In this document: positions 1 to 12,017 of the stretch, in pieces
How the letters are laid out: every line of letters starts with the position of its first letter
Numbering within the stretch: the first letter of the stretch is position 1
NCBI RefSeq assembly: GCF_001194135.2
Contig: NC_068984.1
Coordinates: forward strand, 75,696,013 to 75,738,938
Length of the DNA stretch: 42,926 bases
Direction: 5' to 3'
Source: Octopus bimaculoides
Lineage: Eukaryota
Position numbers and translations under genes: made by a program
Notes under the pieces: model-generated
What the model saw: the letters and a program-made list of their open reading frames with translations, nothing else
The model's database searches: none
What the model was told of the DNA's origin: nothing

Positions 1-50
<50 letters not shown>

Positions 51-655
51 GATGAGAAGATATGACATCCAGTTGTGACATTTGTCAGAAACACAGAAAT
101 AAATAAATGAAACATCTTTCTCAAACATTCAAAGCAGAATATAATGTACCATGCTGAGATGAGTGGTCGTAGCACGTCAGCAATTATTTAAATATTTTCT
201 CTCGATCGTAAATAGACTACAGTTTAAAATGCTTACAGGTCAAACCAACCAATTATATCGTTTCATACCGACAGCTTTAAGAATAGTTAAAGTATATAGT
301 AAGTACGAGGATTATAGCTATGAAGCTTGACATGCCACCAATCACCATCAGTGATATGATAATGAACTGCAATTTTCTGGGCGCAATGCAAAGCCATATT
401 CTCTTTCTCGTGTGAGAAAAGAAAAAAACATCTGATTTCGACACTACATAAACTACTAAATTGTTTACTAGCTGCTAACATTCATAGGTGGAACTCCGTC
501 GTTCAACCATGAGGATTCAGTTGTTCAGTCAATTGAATTATCTGCTCCTGGCTGAGCATTTAGCAGATAACTGTAGTCTTAATGTAATTCAGAGACAACC
601 GCCGTGCCATAAATGCGACAAGGTTGTGTCATTTGAATAAAGTGTACAATCGACC

Positions 656-821
656 CGACGGGCATATGTACTGTTTCTGTCAACCCAATTTCAATCACGT
701 GGTATGAATAGACCTGAGGTCATAGAAAATTACCATTTGGCCGATATGACACGTGATGGGGTTGAATACGTGAACTCGTAGTTACAATGCAAACTTCTTG
801 TCTATTTGGCCATACTGCGCC
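656..821 (-). mobile_element. SINE family A left arm, old and degenerate copy
   Basis: Reverse complement aligns loosely to the family A head-to-GCCCGTCG segment seen intact at 9375-9562. Confidence 0.6.
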
Positions 822-2259
822 AATACCGACACATAGTATAGTAAATAAAAATTCAATTCATAAGAATTACATTTTGAATTGAGGTGGGGGAAAAACTCGG
901 CTCCACCATTGTTGTTCAGATCTGGTAATGGAAAGGAGGCGACAATTTCGAAATGTTTGCTACTTAAATTTTCATTTATATTTAGGAAAGTGAACAGTTC
1001 TTAAATGATCAATGTTAATAAAATTTGGTCAAAGTAAAGTGGGAGAACTCCGAAATTTTAATGAATTAAAATCTGAACAGCGCTTGCAGTAATTAGAATG
1101 TCGCAAGAAAAATCTCAAGACGGATTTTTCAAGCCGAAGCAAACGCTTGGGAATCCAGATGGAAAGTGCAATGACGGTTGCTTCTGATAGGAATCCAAAT
1201 TTGGTAATATTGATTTATTTTTTCCTTTGACACAAAGGCAAACATTTCAAAGAAATCCGAAGATCTAGAAGGAGGTTGACAATAATTAACCAACTTTAAT
1301 GCAAGGAATGTAACTCAAGCAAATCCCGAAATCTGGTATTCGGTGATGCGAAACAAGCTTTTTCAAAATATATCTATTGTGCTGTTTCAATAATATATTA
1401 TTATTCAATGGTAGTGGAGCGTAGACTATTATAAAAGATAATGTTATTTTCTAAGCCCACTCATAGCCATACAACTGCCGACACCATCACATCATTTCAC
1501 TGCTACATAAATAATACTTCTCTACCATTTCACTCACATTGCAACTACCACCGCTATCACCACAATGACTACATCATAGCCACCAAAAGAGCCTTTATGT
1601 TATTGCTCGACCTACCAGAAGCAGTAGCCATGTCCCCTGCCCCGATCATACCTATCTGTCTTGAAAAAAAACAGGACATGTAGCATAATGTGGTGGTCTT
1701 GGATTCCCTGCGAATGGGAAAAGATGAGATGGTCACGACTGGAATGGCAGTGGGATAAATAACTTCACCTCTTCATCAACCACACCTCATCCATATTACA
1801 ATCCTCATCACCACCACCACTACCAGTTTTGATCACATTTGCTTAATCATGGTGGATCCTGGTGGACCATTCAACAACAACAAAAGTAGTAACTACTATT
1901 ACACCTACCGTCAAAGATACATTACCACTGGATTAGCAGAATCGCTAAATCCTCGGACCTATATGCCTTCTTTACGTTCGGCTCTCAAGTTGGGCTTCAT
2001 CTTGACTGCTATTTATTTTAAAGACTCCGTCGATCTCCATGTGTTCGTCTTTAATTGTTATTTTCATTTATCTTATTCCAGATTCCTTAGGCTGCCAAGT
2101 GACGTCTTATGGGATGGTAATATCTCTATTACACTGTTTCACACCTGGCTCCTAAATAGTTTGGTTAGAGTACGTAAACCCTTCGGGAATTTTGCTTCTA
2201 TTTTAGTATGTCTTGGATTAATCCTCCTCTTCATCAACATTAAGGACCGCAGTAGCATC

Positions 2260-2302
2260 AGCAGCGGCGGCAGCGGCGGCAGCGGCGGCAGCGGCGGCAG
2301 CA
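2260..2302. repeat. (AGCGGCGGC)n 9-mer repeat
   Basis: Direct inspection. Confidence 0.9.
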
Positions 2303-2599
2303 GGAGTAGTAGTCTCTCTTGTAGTATGTGGTGATTGACATTCTCCTTTCCCCAACCTTACAATCTCTAGCGCAGCTATAACCAATTACGACGATAACAG
2401 CAATTATAACAACAAATTCAAGTGTGAGAGGGAGTTGTTTTTTTGTGCTGCTTGTAAAATATGTATATGTAAATATGCATGTGTGTGTGTGCTTATAGAT
2501 ATAATGCAATCAGCAGGGGGTGTTTAATCTAACGAACTATTCCATGATCACAAGTTCTTTTAAAATACGAAGCCATAGCAGTCACACTACAGCAGTAAC

Positions 2600-2614
2600 A
2601 ATAACAACAACAAC

Positions 2615-2671
<57 letters not shown>

Positions 2672-2672
2672 T
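2600..2672. repeat. (AAC)n(AAT)n microsatellite
   Basis: Direct inspection. Confidence 0.95.
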
Positions 2673-2848
2673 AATGAACATACACATACACACATAGTAC
2701 AACGCAGCACTCTCGTCAAAGTGGGTGGTAAAGTTGTATCTATGTAATTTGCGATATCACTAAAATGAATATAATAAATAACATGGGATTTATCTTTTTA
2801 AATATTTAAACTCCTTATCACTTCTCTCTCCCTTTCGCCTTCCCTTTC

Positions 2849-2897
<49 letters not shown>

Positions 2898-3111
2898 TCC
2901 CGTAGTCGTATATACTTTTGCTTTTTTCTTCTTTTTTTTTTTAAGTGGTAGGAGGATATCGCATTACTTTTATTCCTTCTGAATTATCCTTGCTTTTTCA
3001 AAGCAACACTTTGAATTGCTCCGAAAAGGTTATTGTTATTTAACCCTGAATCATGTCTGATCGGGTAAATAGACCTATTATAAGGTCGTTACAAGCCAAG
3101 ATCATCTAGTC

Positions 3112-3374
3112 CTGCGGTTCTCAATCATTTTCTAGCCTATGGACACCCTTTGATTCCTATTTTCCTCTACTGAACTCCCATAGCTATTCGGTGTTTAGAA
3201 GACCCTATCGTGTTTTTATAATTAAATATTAATAGAAATTGTGTAAAAAAAAAAAAAATATTTATTAAAATATTTGTGTATTGTAGACGTATAACCTAAT
3301 CAACTGCACATAAATTTTAATAAAATCTTATATAGACCCCGAAGGGTCATATGGTCCCCAGATGAGAACCATTG
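3112..3374 (+). mobile_element. Complete non-autonomous hAT (Charlie-like) MITE
   Basis: Left end CTGCGGTTCTCAA and right end TGAGAACCATTG both resemble the CAGTGGTTCTCAA-type TIR. An exact 8-bp TSD ATCTAGTC lies at 3104-3111 and 3375-3382 (hAT TSD length; TCTAG core is the Charlie target preference). Confidence 0.9.
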
Positions 3375-3685
3375 ATCTAGTCTTTCGTCTTCCTTTTTTT
3401 TTTTTTTGTTTTTATTCATTCAGACATTAATATGATAGGAAAGGAGAAGTGCTTGCTACTTTTATCAGATCGAAATATTCCATATAAGTTCTTTCCTCGC
3501 TGTCTCAACTTCGGGCTGTTTTCACAATGTGTTGTAAAAACTTTTACGATACAGTTTTGATTTTCTAGAGTTTGTTTAATTTTCAGAAATGTTTTGCGAA
3601 TTTCTGTTCTACACACAGGAATTCAGACGTTACGTTCTTGTACCATTTTTTGCTTTCTTTATATACATTTTGCTTTCTTTATATA

Positions 3686-4022
3686 CAAGTGTCTTCCACA
3701 ATAACATCGGGTCGACCAGTCTTGTAAGTGGATTTAGTAGACGAAAACTGAAGGAATCCTGTCGTATATATGCGTGAGCGTATATATTTATATATACATT
3801 TGTGTGCGTATATAAATGTTTGAGTATCTTTGTACGTATATATATATATATATGTTTCTGTTATCTTTGTATTTGTGCGCTGATATTGATTTGTTTACTT
3901 CGCCTTGACTTACCAATTCGGAAAAAGAAACAGATAGGATAAGTCCCGGACTTTAAAACAAAATCAGTACTCAAGGGTGGTCGTTGTCCAATGATTGAAA
4001 CAAGTAAACGATAAACGATAAA
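3686..4022 (+). mobile_element. SINE family A, head missing (core + microsatellite + degenerate right arm)
   Basis: CAAGTGTCTTC...GACGAAAACTGAAGGAATCCTGTCG-(TA)n, then a degenerate right arm ending TGATTGAAACAAGTAAAC. Confidence 0.8.
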
Positions 4023-4121
4023 CATCAATTTAATGCATGCCTTGTGTATTTTTCGGTGATGTATGTTGGTAAAAGATATACAAACCGATAAAAAGGTATT
4101 TTCAACTTAGAACACCGCGTA

Positions 4122-4157
<36 letters not shown>

Positions 4158-4414
4158 NNNNNNNNNNNNNNNNNNNNNNNNNNNNNNNNNNNNNNNNNNN
4201 NNNNNNNNNNNNNNNNNNNNNNNNNNNNNNNNNNNNNNNNNNNNNNNNNNNNNNNNNNNNNNNNNNNNNNNNNNNNNNNNNNNNNNNNNNNNNNNNNNNN
4301 NNNNNNNNNNNNNNNNNNNNNNNNNNNNNNNNNNNNNNNNNNNNNNNNNNNNNNNNNNNNNNNNNNNNNNNNNNNNNNNNNNNNNNNNNNNNNNNNNNNN
4401 NNNNNNNNNNNNNN

Positions 4415-4660
4415 TATATATATATATACGCACAAATATAAAGATACTCAAACATTTATATACGCACACAAATATATATATATAAATATATACGCTCACG
4501 CATATATACGACAGGATTCCTTCAGTTTTCGTCTACTAAATCCCCTTACAAGACTTTGGTCGACCCGATGTTATTGTGGAAGACACTTGCCCAAGATGCT
4601 ACGCATTGAGACTGGACCGGGGACCACGTGGTTGTAAATAAAACTTCTTAGCACACAGAC
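4415..4660 (-). mobile_element. SINE family A left arm with head (inverted partner of 3686-3831)
   Basis: Reverse complement gives the tRNA-like head, the core and the same private variants as 3686-3831. Confidence 0.8.
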
Positions 4661-4699
4661 ATTTTTGTTTTAACATTCGTATTTTCTTGTGTCCTAGTA

Positions 4700-5019
4700 C
4701 AGACACTCCGTCGGTTACAGCGACGAGTGTTCCAGTTGATAGATCAACAGAACAACCTGCATGAAAATTAACGTGAAAGTGGCTGAGCACTCCACAGACG
4801 CATGTACCCTTCGCATAGTACTCAGTGAGATTCAGCATGACACAGAATATGACAAAGCTGGCCCTTTGAAATCCAGGTACATCTCATTTTTGCAAGCAGA
4901 ATTGACTAGAATATTGTGAAATAAAGTGTCTTGCTCAAAGACACAACGCGCTGCCAGGTATCGAACTCACAACCTTACGATCGTAAGCCAAAACTCTAAC
5001 CACTAAGCCTCGTGCCTTC
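4700..5019 (-). mobile_element. tRNA-derived SINE, family C (near full length)
   Basis: Minus-strand head GAAGGCACGAGGCTTAGTGGTTAGAG...CTTACGATCGTAAG...GAGTTCGATACC has Pol III A- and B-box-like motifs. It is followed by GTTGTGTCTTTGAGCAAGACACTTTATTTCAC and a distinct tail. Confidence 0.8.
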
Positions 5020-5561
5020 CCGTGTATTTTGTATGTATACCCCATGATGTATATTACATTACATTACAAACTGATAAATAGCAGGCCTTGTCCCTTCCCC
5101 ATTCACAAAAATATAATGAAATTTGTTGTCATTTTCCGCTTCTTTATTCATGAGAAAACAAAATAGAATCTGCTTCCTTATAATTCTTCCTCCTTCAGCA
5201 TGATGTTGTAAAAGTTTAAACATTTTAAACGATTTTTATTTTATTTAACATGTCAATTTGTCCGCCTGTATATCAATTCTCACAAGAAGTACAGCTGTAA
5301 AGCGTTAAGTACTCAGCCAAAATATATCGAAAGATACATTTTGCTCTGAACATTCGTTTTAGCCAATTTATCTCTATGCAAACCCATTTCTATTATAGAT
5401 ATTACATTGGAATGATATGTTGGAATATAACGATATGTTAAAAAAAAAATGAGCTCTTAAAATTCAGTAGATATAGTTTCATAGTGCTTAAGCACTAATC
5501 CATTACACACAGACACACCCACCCACACGCACATACAGATGTACGTGTGTGCGTGCGTGTG

Positions 5562-5613
<52 letters not shown>

Positions 5614-5967
5614 CGTGCGCGTGCGTGCGCGTGTGTGCATAATCGAGATGCAGAAATGGCGTACTCCGAATGAATAAGGTAATGTATCCGATGATAGAAA
5701 GAATTCTGCAAATTAAGTACTCCAAACCCAGTCGGACACACTATTTAATGTACGCTCAATAAATAAACTACAGCTTCTAGTAGTTTCTTGCCATTGAGAC
5801 ACGTGATTAGATCTTTATAACGTGCCTTGTATTTCCAAGCTATATTTAAGGCTCTGGGCACATGGTTTGTTCTATTTGAAAAACAACAACACTAAGAACA
5901 AATCCCATTTTTCTATTTTTCAGAAAAATTATTGCTTAGAGACAAAAGACATGTCATAAAATTTACC

Positions 5968-6082
5968 TAAATCTTTGTAAGCCTAGTTCTTATTCTATCG
6001 GTCTCTTTTGCCGAACCGCTAAGTTTCGATTTCCAGGACGTAAGTACACCAACATCGGTTGTCAAGCGATGGTGGGGGACAA

Positions 6083-6138
<56 letters not shown>

Positions 6139-6290
6139 GACGGGCTTCTTTCAGTTTCCGTCTACCAAATCCACTCACAAGTCTTTAGTGGGTCCGAGGC
6201 TAGAAGACACTCGCCCAAGGTGCCACGCAGTGGGACTGAACCCAAAACTATGTGGTTGGTTAGCAAGCTTTTTAACACACAGCTACCATG
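5968..6290 (-). mobile_element. SINE family A (left arm + TA/CA microsatellite + partial right arm)
   Basis: Contains CACCTTGGGCGAGTGTCTTC and GACGGAAACTGAAAGAAGCCCGTCG on the minus strand, an internal (TA)n(TG)n tract, then the GTTTGTCCCCCACCATCGCTTGACAACCGATG right arm. Confidence 0.9.
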
Positions 6291-7104
6291 AATTACATCT
6301 CCGAACTACAAATTCTATCGGTCTTTTTGTCAATGCACAAGTCAACTTCTGCACAATCCCACACACACAGCGCGCGCGCGCGTGCACACGCATACACATT
6401 CGAAATCCCACTCGCAAAGAATTGGTCAAACTGAAGAAGCCTTATTAAAACAAAAATATATATATCCATCCAAATTATTAACCGGTGAGATTGAACAGGG
6501 GATCATGTAGTTGCGAAGCAAACTTCTTAAAGCGAATACTCATTCATGCCTGTTTTCTGTCACAATTTACAAGAAATGCCGTCATTCGATGGCTGATGAC
6601 TTCAGAAATTCTCTTATCGAGTGAGAAAATACACAAGTTGAAAGACAACTTCCAGATATAGCCATAAAACGTTGCCTGGTAGATAAGCTTTTTGAACAAT
6701 AATAGGTGAGGCTTCCGGTAACATTTTCAATAAAATCATTTTATTTATATTCATTTTATGTATTTATTTATTTATTTATTTATTTATTAAGACTACTTAT
6801 GGCAGAAACAGAAAAATCCTTCAGCTTCAATACACTATCAATTGCACTTAAATTTCGAGTTATAAGTATGGTCGAAACAACTGACATTGTCGTTTTGTAA
6901 AGATGGCATCGTTTTTAGTGGCGTCGTTTAGCCCCAGGTCAGTCCTGATACTCAAAGCATTCCATGGATGATTGCTTCGTCTGTTTTTAGAAGATATCTT
7001 GATTATCGTAGGCGTTTCAGCTATGACCATTAAGTCATTTTCAGAGAGTGTCTACTAGTATAGCATCTTTAATATAATGATAATTCTGTATCTACTAATA
7101 TAAT

Positions 7105-7334
7105 CTTTCCTTTCTTTTACCTTTTACTTGTTTCAGTCAGACTGCGGCCCTGTTAGGGAACCGCCTTGAAGAATTTTTAGTCGAACGAATCTAGTACTTT
7201 AAGCCTAGTACTTATTCTATCGGTCTCCCTGTCGAACAGCTAGGTTACGGGTGCGTAAACTAACCACCACCGGCTGTCAGGCGGTGGTAGAGAACAAATA
7301 CAGACACAAAGACACACATACACACAAGCACACA

Positions 7335-7388
<54 letters not shown>
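7105..7388 (-). mobile_element. SINE family A right arm, running into (CA)n and a gap
   Basis: AAGCCTAGTACTTATTCTATCGGTCTC and CTTGTTTCAGTC motifs match the copy at 8937-9118. Confidence 0.75.
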
Positions 7389-8577
7389 NNNNNNNNNNNN
7401 NNNNNNNNNNNNNNNNNNNNNNNNNNNNNNNNNNNNNNNNNNNNNNNNNNNNNNNNNNNNNNNNNNNNNNNNNNNNNNNNNNNNNNNNNNNNNNNNNNNN
7501 NNNNNNNNNNNNNNNNNNNNNNNNNNNNNNNNNNNNNNNNNNNNNNNNNNNNNNNNNNNNNNNNNNNNNNNNNNNNNNNNNNNNNNNNNNNNNNNNNNNN
7601 NNNNNNNNNNNNNNNNNNNNNNNNNNNNNNNNNNNNNNNNNNNNNNNNNNNNNNNNNNNNNNNNNNNNNNNNNNNNNNNNNNNNNNNNNNNNNNNNNNNN
7701 NNNNNNNNNNNNNNNNNNNNNNNNNNNNNNNNNNNNNNNNNNNNNNNNNNNNNNNNNNNNNNNNNNNNNNNNNNNNNNNNNNNNNNNNNNNNNNNNNNNN
7801 NNNNNNNNNNNNNNNNNNNNNNNNNNNNNNNNNNNNNNNNNNNNNNNNNNNNNNNNNNNNNNNNNNNNNNNNNNNNNNNNNNNNNNNNNNNNNNNNNNNN
7901 NNNNNNNNNNNNNNNNNNNNNNNNNNNNNNNNNNNNNNNNNNNNNNNNNNNNNNNNNNNNNNNNNNNNNNNNNNNNNNNNNNNNNNNNNNNNNNATATAT
8001 ACATACATACATGCATACATCCATACATTGATATGTATGCATGTGTGTGTGAGAAATTAAATCATAAAGAATGAATCAAGATGAAAAGATTTAACAATAC
8101 GTAACAACAATTTCAGGAATGCTTTTTTCATGAACCTACATACAAATGACATAATTTTTTTCTTTCTGTTACGTTCGTCTTCATCAAAAGAGCTCCTCCC
8201 GTATGTTTCTTTTTTTCTTTTCTTTTGTCCATTTTTTTTATTTTCATAACTCTGAACAAAGTAACGTGTAAGAATTATTCACACGAAGGAAGGGCCTTCG
8301 TCTAGTTCTCATTGTCTTTTGTTTGTTGACATTGTGCAAAAATACTCTTCTCACTGAATCTAAACCCACATAAAAGGGAAATCTAATATACATGTGCTTA
8401 TAGTATGCATGTCCTTTGTAAGTGTGTATTTAGTGTAATGTCAGTCACGTATTGATGTAGGTCCAATGTATCTTTACTGAAAAGAAAATAATTAGATAAT
8501 AAAACATTGAATAACACAGTTCTAGAAACAGTCTGCCTGAAAAAATAGACAAAACACGTCATGAAACGCCTTCGATC

Positions 8578-8750
8578 ATAGGCATGATTGTGTGGTTAAA
8601 AAAACTCGCTTTGCAATCACGTGGTTTCGGATTCAGCCCCTCTGCCCGGCACCTTATCCTCTACTATAGCCTCGGGCCAATTAATGCGTTCTGAGTGAAT
8701 TTGATAGACAGAAACTGTGTGGAAGCCCGTCGTGAAAATACATATATATG
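8578..8750 (+). mobile_element. SINE family A left arm, degenerate
   Basis: TGTGTGGTTAAAAAA...CTACTATAGCCTCGGGCC...GAAGCCCGTCG. Confidence 0.75.
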
Positions 8751-8936
8751 TTCACTGTGATTAGTAAGCACCGGGACCAGATGGGGGTTACCTCACCGAC
8801 TAGTTTTCCGACAAGGTTTTAGATCATCGGCACTCTTCAGTGTTAAGTATTTCTTCAATCATCTCCAAAAATTGGTTTGCTTTAGAGGACATTGAATGTT
8901 TGATTCGTTGTCCTAGTTTGATATTGAATTACCTTA

Positions 8937-9562
8937 ATGTTTAACTGTTTAACTGTTTACTGTTTAACTTGTTTCAGTCATTTGACTTTGGCCATGCTGG
9001 AGCACCGCCTTTAGTCGAGCAAATCGACCCCAGGACTTATTCTTTGTAAGCCTAGTACTTATTCTATCGGTCTCTCTTGCCGAACTGCTAAGTGACGGGG
9101 ACGTATGCACACCAGCATNNNNNNNNNNNNNNNNNNNNNNNNNNNNNNNNNNNNNNNNNNNNNNNNNNNNNNNNNNNNNNNNNNNNNNNNNNNNNNNNNN
9201 NNNNNNNNNNNNNNNNNNNNNNNNNNNNNNNNNNNNNNNNNNNNNNNNNNNNNNNNNNNNNNNNNNNNNNNNNNNNNNNNNNNNNNNNNNNNNNNNNNNN
9301 NNNNNNNNNNNNNNNNNNNNNNNNNNNNNNNNNNNNNNNNNNNNNNNNNNNNNNNNNNNNNNNNNNNNNNNNNNATATATATATATATACATATATATAC
9401 GATGGGCTTCTTTCAGTTTCCGTCTACCAAATCCACTCAGAAGGCTTTGGTCGGCCCGAGGCTATAGTAGAAGACACTTGCCCAAGGTGCCACGCAGTCG
9501 GACTGAACCCAGAACCATGTGGTTGGTAAGCAAGCTACTTACCACACAGCCACTCCTGCGCC
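8937..9562 (-). mobile_element. SINE family A, full-length young copy with gap at the internal microsatellite
   Basis: Head GGCGCAGGAGTGGCTGTGTGGTAAG...GGGTTCAGTCC, then GGCACCTTGGGCAAGTGTC (resembles the MIR/CORE ACCTTGGGCAAGT motif), gap 9119-9374, right arm and a short tandem-repeat tail. Octopus CORE-SINEs are recalled from the literature; family identity is unverified. Confidence 0.9.
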
Positions 9563-10111
9563 TATTCGTTCACTTTATAATATTTTTTAGAGTAGATAAC
9601 TTGAAATGGATTTCGGTACTATTTCTAACAGAACGACTGACAACAAAGAGGCTACCTTGTTGGCTTCATCGAATGGTTTGCAGCATGACTGACTGCAACG
9701 TTGTATGGGTTGCAGGCTTACCTATTTATATGTTGTATTCATGATGTACTTACCAGCGTAACAGAATGGTATGAAAGAACTGGGACGACTCATAAAAATA
9801 CGGCAATCCATTACCAGAGTCCCTAGTCCTTTGCCCTAAACAGGATAGATTCCTTCAGAATCGTGATCCCATGGAAAATTGGTAACCTGCCACTACCAAT
9901 CACTGTTTTCTCTTGTCTAATGACGGTATTGGCATATTCATGCAGATTTGTTGAATAAGTAAACTAGCAGCTTATAATGAATGGAAGATCTAGCTATCCC
10001 TAGCGCGGCGGTTACATAAAGGCATGTTCGATAGCCCGATGTCAGTCGCCCTGATCTACCAACCGCCTGATCGAAGGCATTCCACACATTGACCGACACA
10101 ACTTTTTAGGG

Positions 10112-10173
10112 GTATGATTTGAGAGAATTATGACTTCTAATTTTAGCAGGTCAAGCTACCACGTAGAGGCTCC
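10112..10173 (+). repeat. Old dispersed repeat family E (best copy)
   Basis: GATTTGAGAGAATTATGACTTCTAATTTTAGCAGGTCAAGCTACCACGTAGAGGCTCC. Related degenerate copies at about 14571-14628, 20841-20906, 21038-21100 and 23520-23580 (+), and about 19820-19870 and 41425-41525 (-). Confidence 0.6.
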
Positions 10174-10644
10174 GTCACTTGGTCTTAGACGTTGTTCTTG
10201 CTGATGATGGTGATAGTGACTATCGTCATTGTGGTGGTAGTTATGGTGTTGCTATAGTCGTTGTTGATTGTTGCTATCGCTAATAATGGTATTAATGCGA
10301 CTGACACTGTTGCTGTTGGTTTTATTGTTGTTATTGTTGAAATTGTTGTTGCTACTGATGTTGGTGTTGCTGTTACTTTTGTTGTTGTTACTTTTGTTGT
10401 TGTTGTTGTCGTGTAGTCTCAGTCAACTTTTCAAGTGCACTCATATGACACGGAAGTCAGTAACCAAACAAACTCTTTATTTGATCGACCTTTCTAGTCG
10501 TGACCATTCTTGTCTTTCTAGTGAAGTAATGTTTTCTTAAGATTTCCAACATAAAATTAAGTAGTGTCGTCTCCCACTTTCAGGACATCAGAGGAACTGT
10601 GTTATTTGAGGTTTAATTACAACAACGAAAAAAGCTCTATATGA

Positions 10645-10709
10645 CAGCGGCCCCCAAACTTTTTTTCACCATGGGCAAGGTTTCATGCATGACAATTTTT
10701 CCACGAGCC
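10645..10709 (+). mobile_element. hAT Charlie/MER1-like terminal fragment (one end only)
   Basis: CAGCGGCCCCCAAACTTTTTTTCACC...GGTTTCATGCATGACAATTTTTCCACG resembles Charlie3/MER1-type termini as recalled. No matching opposite TIR was seen. Confidence 0.55.
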
Positions 10710-10756
10710 AGAGAATCACACAAATCACAAAACACAGTAAAGTGCATAATATATAT

Positions 10757-10985
10757 GTTGCTCCAGTTTACTCAGCTGTAGAAATGAGTTGCGACGTCAC
10801 TGGTGCCGAACTGTATCGGCTTTTGCCTTTCTCTTGGATAACATCGGTGGCATGGAGAGGGGAGGCCGGTATGCATAGGCGACTGCTGGTCTTCCATAAA
10901 CAACCTTGCCCGGACTTGTGCTTCGGAGGGAAACTTTCTAGGTGCAATTCCATGGTCATTCATGATCAAAGGGGATTTTCTTAAT
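10757..10985 (+). mobile_element. SINE 3' part (family F tail on the C/D-type core)
   Basis: Begins GTTGCTCCAGTTTACTCAGCTGTAGAAATGAG, alignable with the post-core segment of 4700-5019 and 18251-18497, then continues into a different tail. Confidence 0.55.
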
Positions 10986-11040
10986 TATTACATATATAAT
11001 ATCTATACAAATAATTCTTTCTGTTATACACTCAAAGCTA

Positions 11041-11247
11041 GAAAATTTAGGAGAGTAAGTTGACTACATTGACCCCCCCCCCTCTCCCCCACCTCCCAGT
11101 ACTTGACTGCTACTTATTTTATCGATCCCGAAAGGATAAAAGACAAGGTCGAACTCAGTGGAATTTGAACTCAGAACGTAAAGCCGGATGAAATACCTCT
11201 GAGCATTTTGTCCGACGCGCTAAAGATTATGCCAGCTCGCCGCCTTT
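11041..11247 (-). mobile_element. SINE family B
   Basis: Reverse complement: AAGGCGGCGAGCTGGCATAATC...GTTCTGAGTTCAAATTCC...TTTTATCCTTTCGGGATCGATAAAATAAGTAGCAG. Confidence 0.85.
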
Positions 11248-12017
11248 ATAATGCATGTATGATACAAAAACATCCTGCAGACTGCAATAGCGAATAAAAT
11301 AGAAATAATATTTTAGAGTATCTGTTTTTTATTTTATTTTCAGAGAAAAAATACAGCCAGTGTGTTATAATCATATTCGTCCCTTTTAAGTCGATATGGT
11401 GTGTTTCGTGGGAGATTTAGTGGATATTTTTTATCAAGTTAGAGTTCACGTAAAAACTCTAGCATTGACTCAAGCAGGTACTCCCTTATGATTCCCTGCA
11501 AATAGCTGTAGCGTAGCTGTTTATGATAAGAAGTTGATTCAATTTCTCTTTCGTATTGGGAAAAGTATCAACGTCAGAGCAGCCATTTTTCTTTACTTAA
11601 AATCTCATATTTCACTCTTAAAGAAATCATTAAATCAACTAGTTTCATATAGTATATATAATAAATATCATGGATTAAAATGGTGGGAAAACTGAAACGG
11701 TGGAACGTCGGACCACATGTCTAACTGTATTTACGCTGGAAGACTGAGAGAGAGATCGAGGGTCGTGGAGCCGCAAAGCGTGCAGCACCGTCGGCCGAGC
11801 GCCGGTTGGATGCAACTGGGATCAACTTTGCTCTTCATTTACTAAGGACCACTCCAATCAACTATATCCACTTTAGCTACAAATTTATAACCTTAAAAAG
11901 ACGTTTATTAAATTATGGATCTTGAGTTAAATATAACACTATGTCTTAAATTAGATATAAGTAATTAGATTGTTTTTAAGATTTAGATCAAGGCAATCAG
12001 TTGAAATGCAATCGATT

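Noticed and set aside
900-1400. Possible decayed DNA-transposase coding relic
   Set aside because: Only vague similarity across several stops and frameshifts; no TIR or TSD found.
1849-2334. 161-aa ORF ending in GGS repeats
   Set aside because: No recognisable domain; the GGS tract is a 9-mer repeat; no supporting splice structure was seen.
5482-5497. Perfect 16-bp palindrome TAGTGCTTAAGCACTA
   Set aside because: About one such palindrome is expected by chance in a window this size.
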